NCBI RefSeq assembly: GCF_000315625.1
Contig: NW_005434606.1
Span: forward strand, 185,154 to 249,153
Length of the DNA stretch: 64,000 nt
Source of the DNA: Guillardia theta CCMP2712
Taxonomy: Eukaryota > Protista > Cryptophyta
Reading direction: 5' to 3'
Each line of letters begins with the position of its first letter. Within the stretch, counting starts at the first letter, position 1. This document shows, piece by piece, positions 10,901 through 23,150 of the stretch. Below the pieces are notes generated by a model that made no database searches, was not told where the DNA came from, and saw only the letters and a list, made by a program, of their open reading frames with translations. The translations under genes were made by a program, and so were the position numbers.

Positions 10901-13900
10901 GCTCCATCCCAAACAGTTTGCCGATGCGACGATACTCGTTTGCTCTGTCAGAAGGTGAGAGAGGATTGAGGAACGAGGGACGGAAGGGGACGAAGGGAGA
11001 TGAGCGAAGAGAGGGAGGGTAAGAGAGAGCGCGAGGGTAAGGAGAGAGGGAGCGGGGGTATGGAGAGAGGGAGAGCGAGGGTAAGGAGAGAGGGAGTGAG
11101 GGTAAGGAAGGGGAGAGGGAGAAGGAGAACAGATAACAGCGGCTAAGAAGGGAGAAACGAGGTAGGGTCTTGAACCTTTTCTCTAGAACTTCCTCCATTC
11201 CATCTTCGGCTGAAATGCAGAGACAGCGAGCAAATGCGAGCATGAAGTCCTTGCAGCTGAGGGGTACCTGGACACTTGTCAGAGGGTTAGGTGGCTTGGC
11301 CCAAGGCATTTCAACTTCGTCGTCCTCCGCCACTTCCTGCAACGGATCTTCAGGCTCGAGCAGCGCAGAACGCGAGAAAGTCGTCATGGAATACGGAAAG
11401 ACAGAGAGAAAAGGATCAACGTCGAATATGACAACTAGAGACTCGGGCTTACCTGCATGGCCTCGATCAACTTGTTGATGAAGTCGGTGCCACTGAGCGA
11501 GAGGGTCAGCAGATCGAAGAGGTCAAGACCCTCATGTCTCTTTGCTTCTCCACCTGTCATCAGACGCCCAAGACGCGATGTCTCTCAAGTCCGTAAGGGT
11601 GATAGCCTTGCATTTCACACTTCAGCCTCACTTAGAGAATCTCACAGGAGGGCACCTTGTCCCCGTCTGCATCAATCAGGCAGAAAGCGTCATGAACCGC
11701 GCGGATCTGATCGGAGGTTGTGGTGCAGGCAGCATTGGGTGTGTCGCAAACGGGACACGTGAAAGCGTAGAGTAGAGTTTGACGCTCGAAGTCATCGAAC
11801 TCAAGGTCCTTGAAAGACGTGTCAGCTCATCGCATCGCAGACAGGAGCATCGTCTTCAGGTTCGGATGTTTGACAAGCATCACCAGAGCTCGCAGAAGTG
11901 AGTCAAGCTGCTCGAACGCAGAGTCGTTCTGCTTGTGCTGGAAGGGCCGGATGCCTGCAAGAGAGGAGGATGAGAAGGGAGGGGGAGAGGGGGGAGGGGG
12001 GGAAGGGCTGCAAAGATACATGGGATGATAGTGAGGACAGGAAGGAGTAGAGAGACGAGAAGCCGATGGCTACGGCGTGAAACCAGGGCAGAGGTAGGCG
12101 ATTGCGAGAGCAAGAGAGCAAGGAGTATCGCGAGGTGAGAGACAGGGGAGAGAGCGATGAAGGAGACAGGCACCTGAGTCCATCATGGGGACGAGGGTTG
12201 GGGTCGGAGGCTGGAGGGAGCCCTGGGCACTTGTTGAGCGTTGAGGAGGGAGGCAAGGAGGAGCTCACGGTGCGAAAGGAAGCCTGCGAGTGCGAGAAGG
12301 TGCGATTGAACATCATGTTTGGGTCGTCGCCTGACATTGTGGGAGATGGTGACGGTCTGATGAAGCCGTTGGCATACCCCAGCTGGTTCACAGGGTCGCT
12401 CGACCTTCGCTCCCAACCTCCTGGGGTCGTCAGGCTGACAGGATGGCCAGGGGCAGCTTAGAAAACCTTCTGAGCCAAACGATTGCATCGATCGGTACAT
12501 CCCAGCTGACTCGTATGCCGCGTACTCCCGCAGCCCGTGTGGTCTCTTGAGGTCCTCCTCCCCGTAGGGATCCCGAGGAGAGTTCTGCCGGGGACAACAA
12601 GTCATTTTGATTGCAGACCCTCTGAAGCAAAACCTCGTCCGAGTAAGCACGCCGAAAGCAATCTCTGACATACTCCGGGCTGAACTTTTGGTTTCCCCCG
12701 AACGATCCTGATCCTTGAGTCAGCCGGGGGTGATGAAAGTTGAATAGACCACCAGCTTGAGGAGAACGATGATCGTACCCCATGTACTCCGGACACCCTC
12801 GGTCGACTCCTTCCTCGCCGTCATCGTACACCCAGTCGTCCTCCATGTGGCGGTTGGGGATACTGCACCATCACGGGTCAGCCATGAACACGTCAAGCTT
12901 GCTTGAATCACTTGGACACATCCTCCTCGTTATATGACACACTGTGACACAGCACAGTTACAACACAAATCTTGTCGAGAGACGATCCTTTACCTCTCTT
13001 GCCATGCATTCTGCCACTGCACCGGGTCATATGAGTAGGTGTTACTGGGTGTCTCCTCCGCTAGAGCTCGTGCGTCGTGATGGTTCTCTTCAAACTCATC
13101 ATCCGAGTGCCCAGTGCCTGAAGGTTTACAGCTCACATCGTATCGCAGAGCAAAAGACAAGCCCTCCACCATTCTCTCGTACGGCACTCTGCCTCAACTC
13201 TCGTCTCGGTGACTTCAGCGATCTGTTCCAGTCCAACTCTGATTCCGGGACAGTCTCGTTCGATTCTGCACGCACCAACCATGAGCCATGAGCACCACGA
13301 AACAAAGAGCTCGACAAGTGGGTGAGTCCAAGGAGAGGCAAGAGGGAGCAGGAGGTTGGAAAGGGAGCAAGAGGTAAGAGCAGCATGAGGGAGCAGGAGA
13401 TTTGAGAGGGTGCAGGAAGAGGGAGCAGATGGTTGGAGAGGGCGAGGAGGTCGGGAGGTGGAAGAAGTGGGGAGAACCGGATGGCTTGCGATCACTTGGG
13501 AGGTCAGCTCGTGAGTCAGAGGGAACATCCGCAGGCTCTTCCACATCTCGCCCATTGGGCATGTGAGTCCTTGGCTCCTCTCCCCTCCTTGGCTCCTCTC
13601 CCCTCCTTGGCTCCTCTCCCCTCCTCGTCCCGTCCGCATCCTTCACGGCCTCTCGGATAGTCCCGAGATCTTGGAAGCCAGAGCTTCCTCGGGATCTAGC
13701 GAGCCGGTGAGAACCTTCTATAAGCAGCTCATTGTGACCTTTGCCGGGAGAGGAAGCGAGTAGGAGCCGGTGCGGGCTGCCCTTCCTCCTGCTGGGCGTC
13801 TTCAGCCTGCACATTCGGTTTCTGCGGGCAAGGTCAATATTTGGGGATAGGCAGAGCAAACAAGTCAAGGTCGCACGTTTGTCAGCCCATCGTCGCCATC

Positions 13901-14311
13901 AGCTTTCGAGGTAGAATATATCCCAATCTAGAAGGCTCAAAGTCAGAGTACAAGGCTGAACAGCTTCAGAGGACTGACCGGGGTTGAATCCGTCAGTGCT
14001 CTCGACTTGAACTGTTCTGAGAGCATCTGGTTCAACGATTGGATTTGTGAGCCTGTCTTCTCCACGAGAGCTCCTCGAGGATCAGGTGGTGCACTCATCT
14101 CTATCTCCTGCTCGTTTCTGGCCTCGTCATCAGGTCCTCGATCATGGAGCTCTTGTGCCTCAGCATCAAGCATAGTGTCGGCTTCGTCCATAGCTGTCAA
14201 AGAACTGCGCGTCCCAGGTTTGAATGCCCCTATCGCCTACTCGCTTTGCGAAAGCGTCATCTGTATCGAGCCAACGACTCTAGTTGATGATCTCTTCGGC
14301 TCCTGATTCAT
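7941..14311 (-). CDS. Large multi-exon membrane protein: disordered N-terminus, EF-hand-like loop, PHTF/7TM-ion-channel-like multipass domain
   Basis: Spliced segments: AFCLIDADGDK|AITLTDL (EF loop); several TM helices; FLNLQKKD|DLLLWCRIRHLL...GDIIVSYLLVSVL; C-terminal LLQHTAHYIQEFDRPPRLLSFTVSIHFLRYIFLPLL. The 3' end is approximate, and the locus could be two genes. Confidence 0.6.
9861..9917 (+). repeat. (GAG)n microsatellite in intron
   Basis: Direct observation. Confidence 0.95.
13569..13625 (+). repeat. 18-bp tandem repeat x3 (ccttggctcctctcccct)
   Basis: Direct observation; probably intronic. Confidence 0.9.
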
Positions 14312-15165
14312 TATGGTCAAACAGCACAGATTCGTTCAAGGAAGCAAACAGAGCTCTCCAAGATAATCTACAACCCAAACAATAGTTATACAATTGCATA
14401 CATCAACTACAATCTCTCTGAAAGAAACTGTACTCATCTACATTGTCACAATATCTTGACGTAGATTCTGAGAGGACAGGAGTTTATATCTTGTTTCTGT
14501 TTATGTCGTACACAGTGGCTTTTGTCTTTTTTTCATTCACCGTCCTCAACCTTTACCTTTACCTTTACCTGGGCATGCAGCAGTCTACTTTCACTTCATC
14601 AATGCTTCATCCTTCATATGATATCTATCTCCCTCTCCCTCCTCTCCCTCCTCTCCCTCCTCTCCCTCCTCTCCTCCTTCCACATTCCTGCCGCCCTGAA
14701 ATCAGCAACCATCAATTCCCTCGCTAGTTGTACGGAACACCACCCCTCCTTAACAACAACACCTTACCGCCTCCTACCAAGTACCCTGTCATTAGATCTT
14801 GAATGACCGGGTGGACTGACATTTTCCTTCTGCACCCCCTTTGTCATATCGATCTACTACCCCCCAACTTATGCGGAATTAGGATCCGCTAGGTGGTAGG
14901 GGTAGTGCAGGTTTACTCATTCCCCGGGCCCGGGCCCGAGACAGCCGGGATAAGTCCGGGGAACTAGTGAAGTTCATTGTTGATGGTACTGAGGCGGGCT
15001 ACTCCGGGTTGTCCTAGTACAGACGATGCCTCGCCTCTGGTCAGGTACCACCCCTACCCTTTTATTCAGTACTTTTTTCTATGAGACGACCCCACTGTTT
15101 CGATGATAGTTCCCTACCCTACCCCGCTTCAATTCTCCGACTCTTGAGGAGTCCCTCACAGTCGC

Positions 15166-16635
15166 ATGGCCCAAAACAGCGATACCGCCCCTCCCCTTGA
15201 AACCTCCGCCATGCAGTCTTCACCTCCTCCCACCGACCCAGCCATGGCAATGGATCCTGGGCCTTTGTCAGAGGCTGCTGAACCGGCTCCTCCTCCTCCT
15301 CCTTCGGATCCATCAGGCCCTGCTGCTCCAGCTATGCCCTCTGAACAGTCCGGACAAACTGAGTTAGTTGCGAAGAACCTCCTCCCCCTACCCGACTTTC
15401 AGGATGTTCCAACTTCTTCACCAACATCCGACTCTCCTCCTGTGCCTGTGGAGTCTGAGTCTCTTCCAGAAGACAAGGAAGCTCCCATTGAAACGCAGGA
15501 ACCCGTGACAGCAGCTGTTGCTCCTACGTCCTTGAACAGCTCCGAATCAGGTCACGACAACAAGCCCAAAGTCCCTCCTCTTCCTCTGCATGCTCCAACT
15601 CGAAGTGCAACCTCCCATCATCCTTTCCAGAACCTGGTCCCCAGCCCACCTCCTGTTCCTTCAGATTTGGGTACTGGTACCCTTTCGCAAGCTAGTGTAC
15701 ATTCTAGTACACTGCTGCAACCAGTAGCAGGCACGGCGAGCACGCTGAATCCCGAATCCGCACTTTCTCAGTATCTCCCTTCCGGCAATCTGGAACCAGG
15801 GCAGGATGCAAGCTCGAGCAAGGAGACTCGTCCTTTATTCTCAATGTTTCTGGAGGACTCAAGATCTGCTGAGAGGTTCTCATTGACTTGTTCACTGCCC
15901 TGCTTGACATCAATGGCGGCACTTGTGCAGATCTCAAGGAATTCCTCAGCTATACCAGCCAAAGGCTGCTCAGAATGCTGCGTATACTCAATCAACACGA
16001 CTGTTAGTTACTTGTCACGCTGAATCGTTGTACCTGAAAAATACTACAGGTGTCAGGCCAACTTTGACTACAAAGGGAACAGGAAATGCCTGCAATGGCA
16101 AGGACCAAACGATGGAGAAGCTTTGCTCCGAACCGTGAGCGAATGTAAAGAGCTCCTGCTATCGTAACACGTCGCAGGTTGCTCGTGCATACGGGGTCGG
16201 TTTGCGGTCCCCATCCAACCCCCACGGGAAGCTGATTTACTTGACCTCCAGAGACACTCATGAGGTGAAAAGATCGAGCGTTTTGTGTGCGGTTCTTGTT
16301 TGCTGTTCTCATCAAGTATGCAGATCATCGACGTTGATACCACGTTTGTACATGACAACAGTGATTTGATCGTGCACATTGAGCCTGAGGAAAGCGAGAA
16401 TGGTTTCTGCGGAGTTGTAAGCCTGCATGTGTTCCTTCTTGTATATTTTCTAAGAAAAGTGTTTCGTTTGCAGGGCAATGACGGTGGTCCCTTCAATGTG
16501 GTGATGACTCATCATCCGACTTCACCCCGCTGCCCCTTCCTGACTGCTGCCTCAGGTCCCTTGTATCGTTCGATTGTTCACTTGCGAGTATGCCGCTCCT
16601 TCGAGGCGCATCCTCGCGCAGAAGAACTCAGATGA
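15166..16635 (+). CDS. Hypothetical protein with Pro/Ser-rich N-terminus and a small globular C-terminal domain
   Basis: Long first exon, then short exons CQANFDYKGNRKCLQWQGPNDGEALLRT|VARAYGVG...|IIDVDTTFVHDNSDLIVHIEPEE. Confidence 0.5.
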
Positions 16636-16949
16636 ATCGTTTGTGATGTGAGCCCTGCGGTCAATGGGCTTGGCTTTGTAAGTGGACGAAACTCAGTTAG
16701 CCGTCAACGAAGCTCTACAGAATCAGGAGCTTGCGATTGATACACCACAAGTTGTGCAAAATTTGGCCGGTTGCATATTCAAGCAACTGTCTACTCCCGT
16801 CGCGGAATACTATTCGCAACAACCATTTTTTTCTTTTCGTTTATACTAGACTACACTTGTATTTTCGCACTCGCTCCACTTTCGGAGGTTTTCAATTGTT
16901 GTCCCTGAAAGCAAGATAAGTCGCGGATGAGAGTTCAAAATTGACACAA

Positions 16950-17837
16950 TAGCATGAAACCATCTCTCGAGGTGACATAAACCTTACTTGGAATTCTCAT
17001 CGAGACCTCGCAGTTTGTCGCTCTCCATCCTCATCACGTGATCGAGCTCTTGGATGAGCTGTTGTGGCAAACAACGGTCGCAATCAGTCCGCATGATCAA
17101 GCACAATCAAACAAACTACCGCGCAGGATTGGCAGCAGCAGTGAACTGCTACATCCTGACAAGAGTTCAGCTGCATGCCGTATCTGCAAATTTTCACATC
17201 ATCGACTGGAATGTAGATCCACAACCCACCTGACTCGTAACTTCGATCGCTGAGAAACCCCTAGTGCGCATGATGCTAAAGTACAGCACGCTGCTAAGAA
17301 ACATACTGATTCTAAACAAAGATTTTTTTTTTGTTGGTATGCATTGACTGTCTTGGAATAGACATACGCGTTCACACAACAACAACAACCAAGTTGTAAC
17401 GCCATGTAATGTGGGTAACGTTGGAATCCAGAAAACAATCCAGATGACCAACTAGAGCCTTGCTGCTCTTCTGTTGTCGGGCTGCTTTCACTGGGTCTCT
17501 GCGTGTTTGTGAGGGACGTGGATTCATCTTTAGGGTCGTGGACTGAGCCTTCGAAGTTGTCGAACTTAGTCGAGTCGAATGTAGACAGCTCGTTGTGTAT
17601 TGGTGCTTCCATCTCCGAACAGAGTATCTTCTATCCTCGGGCAATCTCCATCGGCCTACGAGATAGACATGTGTCAGACCAAACCGCTCAAACAGTCAAG
17701 AGAGTTTATGTGTTGCTATCGGTTACTTGTCCTCGAGCCCCTAGTGACCTGCTCGCCTGACCACAATGAACTTGCTCAACGTCAACTGCCCTCGGTATGA
17801 TTCTCTTCTCATTGTGGCTCTCATTCTCGCGTGCCAT
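16950..17837 (-). CDS. PLAC8 (Cys-rich, DUF614) family protein
   Basis: WSSGLFSGF...GCCCC...ALGVSQRSKLRVR|YGMQLNSCQDVAVHCCCQSCA|LIQELDHV matches the PLAC8 pattern; the 5' and 3' ends are approximate. Confidence 0.78.
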
Positions 17838-17942
17838 CATCCTTCTCGCCCCCGTCCCCGTCCCCACTCGCCCTAACGTTACCCACCCTCGTCAGTTGTC
17901 TCCCGCATACCACATGTAGCTAGTAAAGACACGAGTGGCATA

Positions 17943-18031
17943 GCAGACTATGAACAACTGACACGTCACGTCCTCTTACATGACCTGGCAGACTATGAAC
18001 AACTGACACGTCACGTCCTCTTACATGACCT
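17943..18031 (+). repeat. 45-bp tandem duplication
   Basis: gcagactatgaacaactgacacgtcacgtcctcttacatgacct occurs twice (starts 17943 and 17988). Confidence 0.95.
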
Positions 18032-18311
18032 TGAGCATTCCGTCACTCCATCGCCTCGTATGCACACCGCTTCCCTCAACGTCAATTGACCAAATTTTCA
18101 GCCAACCCCACCCCACCCCACCTCACCGTTGGAGTAAGTTACTTGTAGTGAAAACTTTTGCAGGGAGGTGGTAGGGTAGTCAACAGGGGTGCACATTACT
18201 ACCCTACCCCTTCAAATGAATTAAATATGGCATAAATGGACGGGTGTATGAACAGCCCTTCACCCTGCGTCTCCCGGGCCTTGCCAACGAATGGCGAGAG
18301 ATGTTGGACGG

Positions 18312-19700
18312 AATGGAGGAGAACCGGGGGGGTGGAGGAGGCGACAATGCGAGGGGAGGCAAGGGGCAGGTAGCTTCACGACAGGTTGTTAGCATGCCTG
18401 CATCTGAAAATCGCCGAGATGAACATGGCTTGATGCCGTTTGCTGCATTCTTATGCAGAGCGTGCAAAAATCGTACGAATTCCTCTGGAGCTCACAGGAG
18501 CGAAGTTGAAGTTGAAGACTTTGATTTCGCTCGTGACATATATCCTTCACTTGGATACCTTCCGTCATTAGAACGTTCTGCTGGTAGTTGAAATGTTTTG
18601 TGATGAGCAATGTGAAAGAATGGAAGTGAAGACCTTCATGCGGATTCGAACGCAGCTGTATAGTGGCAAAACAATCCAAGAAGTTAGGTTATATCGTGGT
18701 CAAGGTGACGCAGATCAACGATGTTATGGATGTGAAAATGGTCCTTAAGATAGAGCTTCGTGATGAACAAGAAATTTTCGCGCGAGCCGAAATGAAGCGG
18801 GCCCTGACCATTTGAACGCAGGAGCTCTTTCAGCCGTGTGAAATTCTACTTAAGTCAAGAGAAGATGTCAGGAACAGTCTCTAACAATGAAGAGGTCTGA
18901 TAGAATGAGAAACTCCAAGAGCAAATCCTCTGAACTTCTCTTTAATAGCCAGAATTCAAACCTTTCGGACTGCCAAAATTGTCCGAGTTCCCATGTAAGT
19001 GAAAACTGTTTCGAAGGACGAAGAAGGATTTACCATCGTTGGCAGCTGAAGCAAATGAGCGAGATGAGCACGTTGAAGAAGTTCTGAGGGTAATACCGCT
19101 GTGTATCTTCACTCGTAGAGGCTCACCGACCACGATAAGACTGTCAATACAGTGTTCAAGGCCTTCGCCGATTGGTAGGAGGCGAGGTGCATGCTTTCAG
19201 TGGGACTGAAGAGCTTCATGCTGCAGCGATCATGCTCTCTTCTCTAAGTTCGTGGACGACGAGTGTAGGTTCGTGCGGACCGGGGTTGCAGGTAGACTCC
19301 CTCCTAGAACACAATCGAAATGTTCACATGCCACGTGGCCGCAGAGACGGGGGAGCCGGATGTGACTGCGTTTCCCAAGGTTGCGCTCGTGATCGTCCTC
19401 TGTCTCTATGACTTATCATAGGCCTACTTCGTCAACACGCTTCAGAAGACGAAACCCGGAGTCCTGAGCGAAGAGCTCGAGCAGCCGTTCGTGCAGGTGA
19501 CCCTGCAGGAGGAAAACTACCGCTGACTGCTGCCAACAAGATGCGAGATAACTTGCTGGCGCATGTGTGGTGCCGGTACACACTTGCAGTGGCTGGAACT
19601 GTCAAGTACAAAGGTATGAAATATTGTTTCAAAGGGAGCAAAGGTACAGCCAGCTGGCAGCTCCCTTGACCTTCACGTAGGAGTCAAGTCGATCCAACTC
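18312..19700 (+). CDS. Possible multi-exon hypothetical protein
   Basis: Short coding-like segments (e.g. VVEMFCDEQCERMEVKTFMRIRTQL, INDVMDVKMVLKIELRDEQ) separated by intron-sized gaps; no recognisable domain. Confidence 0.3.
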
Positions 19701-20084
19701 CGAAACACTTCTTTGGGTTGGAGAGTACGACAAAATGTGCTGAATTATGACGTCACCTGACATGCGACTACTGCAGATCGTCAGCGTTTGTGATACCATT
19801 GATTCGTAAGGGAGTGAAAGAAGAGCGGAGCTGCTTCCCCCCAGTAATGAATGCAAATAGTCATGATGTATTTTAGAACAACGCTCTAGAGCTTGATTCA
19901 TGCATTGATGTATCAATGAAGACAAGTGATATCAGTTTGGGAGTCAAATTCACATTCGAAGCTGCAAATAGAGAAATTGAATCCAATTTCTTGAAACACA
20001 GAATCAACTTATCAACGCGCTGACATCTCAGTGAATCGAAAGCGAGCGTCAAGCTACAATAAATCGATGTAGGGAGCCTTCGCT

Positions 20085-20751
20085 TTAGGCTTCACCAGCG
20101 GCGAACTCCTTCAAGAGCTTGTTCTCCTGCTTCGCCTCGAGAATCGCCTCCTCAACCTTCACGAAGCAAAGTAAGACAATGAGGGCACCGGCGCATCAAA
20201 GTTCTACCTCAGTGATGGCCTTCTCTGTCTCCTCGGCCTCAGCGACCTCCTCGAACGCAGGGACGTAGTAATCCTCGCCAAGCACTTCCTTGAGGACTTC
20301 CTCTCCCTCGGTATCCTTCACGCCGTCGAAGGACTGCATCGACAGAAATGAGTGAACATTTCAGAATCACAGGCCGGTATTACTCCAAATGCAACAGCGT
20401 CCATGTTGGCAGCCTGATCCTCCTCGCCAGAGCCGAGCCCGTAAAGCATCTTTCCGGGGAAGACTGCAATGCGCCTGTTGAGGAAGGTGCCAGGAGCAAC
20501 CGAGAAGTAAGTCGGCTGGAAGAGCTCATTGCGATTGCCTAAGATCAAAAGGTAAGTTGGCTTAGAACGAGTGCTGGCGAAACTGTTGTACCTCGAAGGT
20601 TCGATGAAGCAATCAGAAGAACACAAAAAGTAAGAGCTGTGCAGGCAATGCCGGCAACATAAAGGAGCTGAACATTTGATGTCAGCCAAAGTGTCAAAGT
20701 AAGAGGTGAAGCACTTGGCAGGACACTAGTGTACTTTCTTATTGGTTCCAT
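20085..20751 (-). CDS. Small type II membrane protein with acidic C-terminus
   Basis: Signal-anchor LLYVAGIACTALTFCVLLIASS, then exons GNRNELFQPTYFSVAPG..., DTEGEEVLKEVLGEDYYVPAFEEV and VEEAILEAKQENKLLKEFAAGEA*. Confidence 0.6.
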
Positions 20752-20859
20752 TACAGCTTCTCAACTAGCTCATGCAATTGTTTGCTGATGAAACTCGAAC
20801 TTTGCTTTGTGCTCCGTAGGGGATCTGTTGTAACTACTGCACTAGAATTTCAAAGTGAA

Positions 20860-21620
20860 TACATCCACCTGCCAGCAGACTTTGCTCACTCAACATCTAT
20901 GTGTATCGCTCAGGTCCTACTCTTCTTATTCATGCTTCCGCATTCAATATTCAATTTTCAGCTTGCCAGAATCGCGTGCCCAAAAAGAAAGTTTGATACA
21001 GAACCTCTATCGCGAGCCTTCTCTCAAACAATTGCTTCTTGTTCATGCTTTGCCAAGCTTCGAGTTTTTCTAAACATAGTCTGTTGATAAAACTTGCAAC
21101 TGTCTAGGTGAAGAATACCACGTATTGAACTTTCTTACAACGGTTCAACATTCTTTGTTTAATTCTGTTGGAATCGCATGAAAGCAACCTCCCCAAAAGT
21201 TTCATCATCAAGGGGTTCCTGAACCTATTTGTAAATGCAAGCTTCGTTCTACTTCATTTATTGCTCACATGAAGCATCACCACTTCCGCTGGGATCCTCA
21301 TAATCACCAAAACACTGAAGATCATCACACACATTGCGAGCATCATCATGGGTGTCATCAACGTCTCCAAGAGATGATGATCGACAATTTCATCAATCTT
21401 CAACGGACTTTGTCACGATCATCAACCACAGCAACATCATTTCTCACAACCCTCAGCCCTCCCCCTCACCCTCCCCCTCACAGTCCTCATCTCCTTCCTC
21501 ACCCTCATCCTCATCGTTGTCAGTGTCTCTCAACCATTCGTCATCAGGTTCATCACTCTGCTTTCGCGCCTCACCTGTCTCTGCAGATTGCTGCGGGAAC
21601 CGTGAGCCGCCATGAGACCT
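20860..21620 (-). pseudogene. Degenerate acidic coding relic
   Basis: DDEWLRDTDNDEDEGEEGDEDC-type segments broken by stops or frame changes, next to an AT-rich tract at 21740-21890. Confidence 0.3.
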
Positions 21621-21889
21621 CAGCTACTACAGGTTGGAGTTGCCAGATTGGACTTTACGAAATGTCTAGTTGGCGTGAAAATGACGGTCAATTTCCGGTA
21701 AAAGCAAGCCAACTACTATGTGCCAACCACAATCATATAATATAATATAACTGGCGTTTTATATTGTTTGATACAATGAAATATTTTCTGTAATTTCAAC
21801 TCTAGGGAATTTTTTTCAATATTTTTCAATGATTATATGACAAAATTTTCGCCAACCTAGGATGCTTCTTTGAGCATTTTCTTTTTTGG

Positions 21890-22500
21890 CAAGGCTCCGA
21901 CGGTTCGCAGAGCAACCCGAAGAGTCACCGAACGGTTATTCTACGGTTACTACCAGCGGTCTCTCACTGTAGCAACCGGGGCGGACCGGGCGGGCCGCCG
22001 GTAGGTCCATCTGGGCTCCCATCATTCTACCGGCGTGACGGTCGGGTACGCAGCGCTTCAAGTTGGCTGCCGCGCCGACAGTCCGCAGCGCCAGGGCCGC
22101 GCGGGGGCCGCGCGCCCGGACTCCGAGTTGGGGGCCGCGCCGCAGGGCCGGCCGGGCGCACCCGCGCCCCCCCGCGCCGATCTCACTGAGTCAGGCTGCC
22201 ACGCCGTGATCATCGCGGGGGGCGGCGGGGGGGCGCCGCCTTCAAGCTGCCTCACCCGGGCCCGGGGCCCGGGGTGGGGCGTGGCCAGTCACGGCCCGGG
22301 CCGGGCACTGACCGCCGCCGGCAAGGCTCAGGGCCCGGGGCCCGGGGTCGCGGCTGCTGACTCGGTGCGGCCGGGCCGGGGGCGCCCCCGGGCCGGCCCC
22401 CCGGCGGGCCCCCGGGCCGGCGCCCGCCGCGGTGACCGGGTGCTAACTGAGGCCCGGCCCTCGGGAGAGGGCCCTAACTGGCTGAGCCGTTGACCCCCCA
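21890..22500. other. GC/CpG-rich intergenic island
   Basis: Very GC-rich CCGGGCCC/GGCCGG runs with the same vocabulary. Confidence 0.7.
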
Positions 22501-23150
22501 GGCTGTGATGGACCCCTGGTCATGCTCCAGGACCCGGGAGGACGGGCTACCCCTTCATCTCCCATTGTTGATCGGAGGACAGACGGGGTTCCGGCCCGTA
22601 CACCCCTCCACCCCTCAAAATTCACCCCTACCCCACTCAGCGTCCCCAAGTCCCCCGGTCTCAATTGACCATTGATCGTGATGCTGCCAACTGCCGCTGT
22701 CCGTCAACTCTACCCGATTCCCATCCTCCTCCCCTCGCTCCCGACCCCCTGCCTCCCCCCCCCCCCCCGCCCTTGTTGTGCTGTCTTCCTGCAGAGGCTC
22801 CTGAGATCTTTGTTGCATCGCAATCTTCTATGTTTGTGTAATGCTGTTGGAGGCTCTGGATTTGTAGATGGCAACGGTCATTGCCAAAGACGGCCATTGC
22901 TGCTCTATACCACCACCAACACTCCTGTGCACCACAGATGCGTTATTGGCTGATAGATGTGATCTGTTGGGAAGAGAGATCATGTAGCTGCTTTCCTCCT
23001 CCTCCAACATCCGCGGCCATGTTCACTTTGTCTGGACTCCCGATTTTCTAGTGCTGCCAAGTAGTAGTCAAGTCCAGTCTTGATTGCCGCTGGTCGATTG
23101 AATCTGATTACGCTGCAGAAAATCAATCGCTGAGAGAGGACTCTGCGAAC

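Noticed and set aside
11827-11829. In-frame TGA suggesting readthrough or selenocysteine in the membrane-protein gene
   Set aside because: It falls inside a canonical 75-nt GT-AG intron with a CTGAC branch motif.
21269-21745. His-rich + strand ORF
   Set aside because: Reverse complement of GAT/GAG-rich acidic relic sequence.
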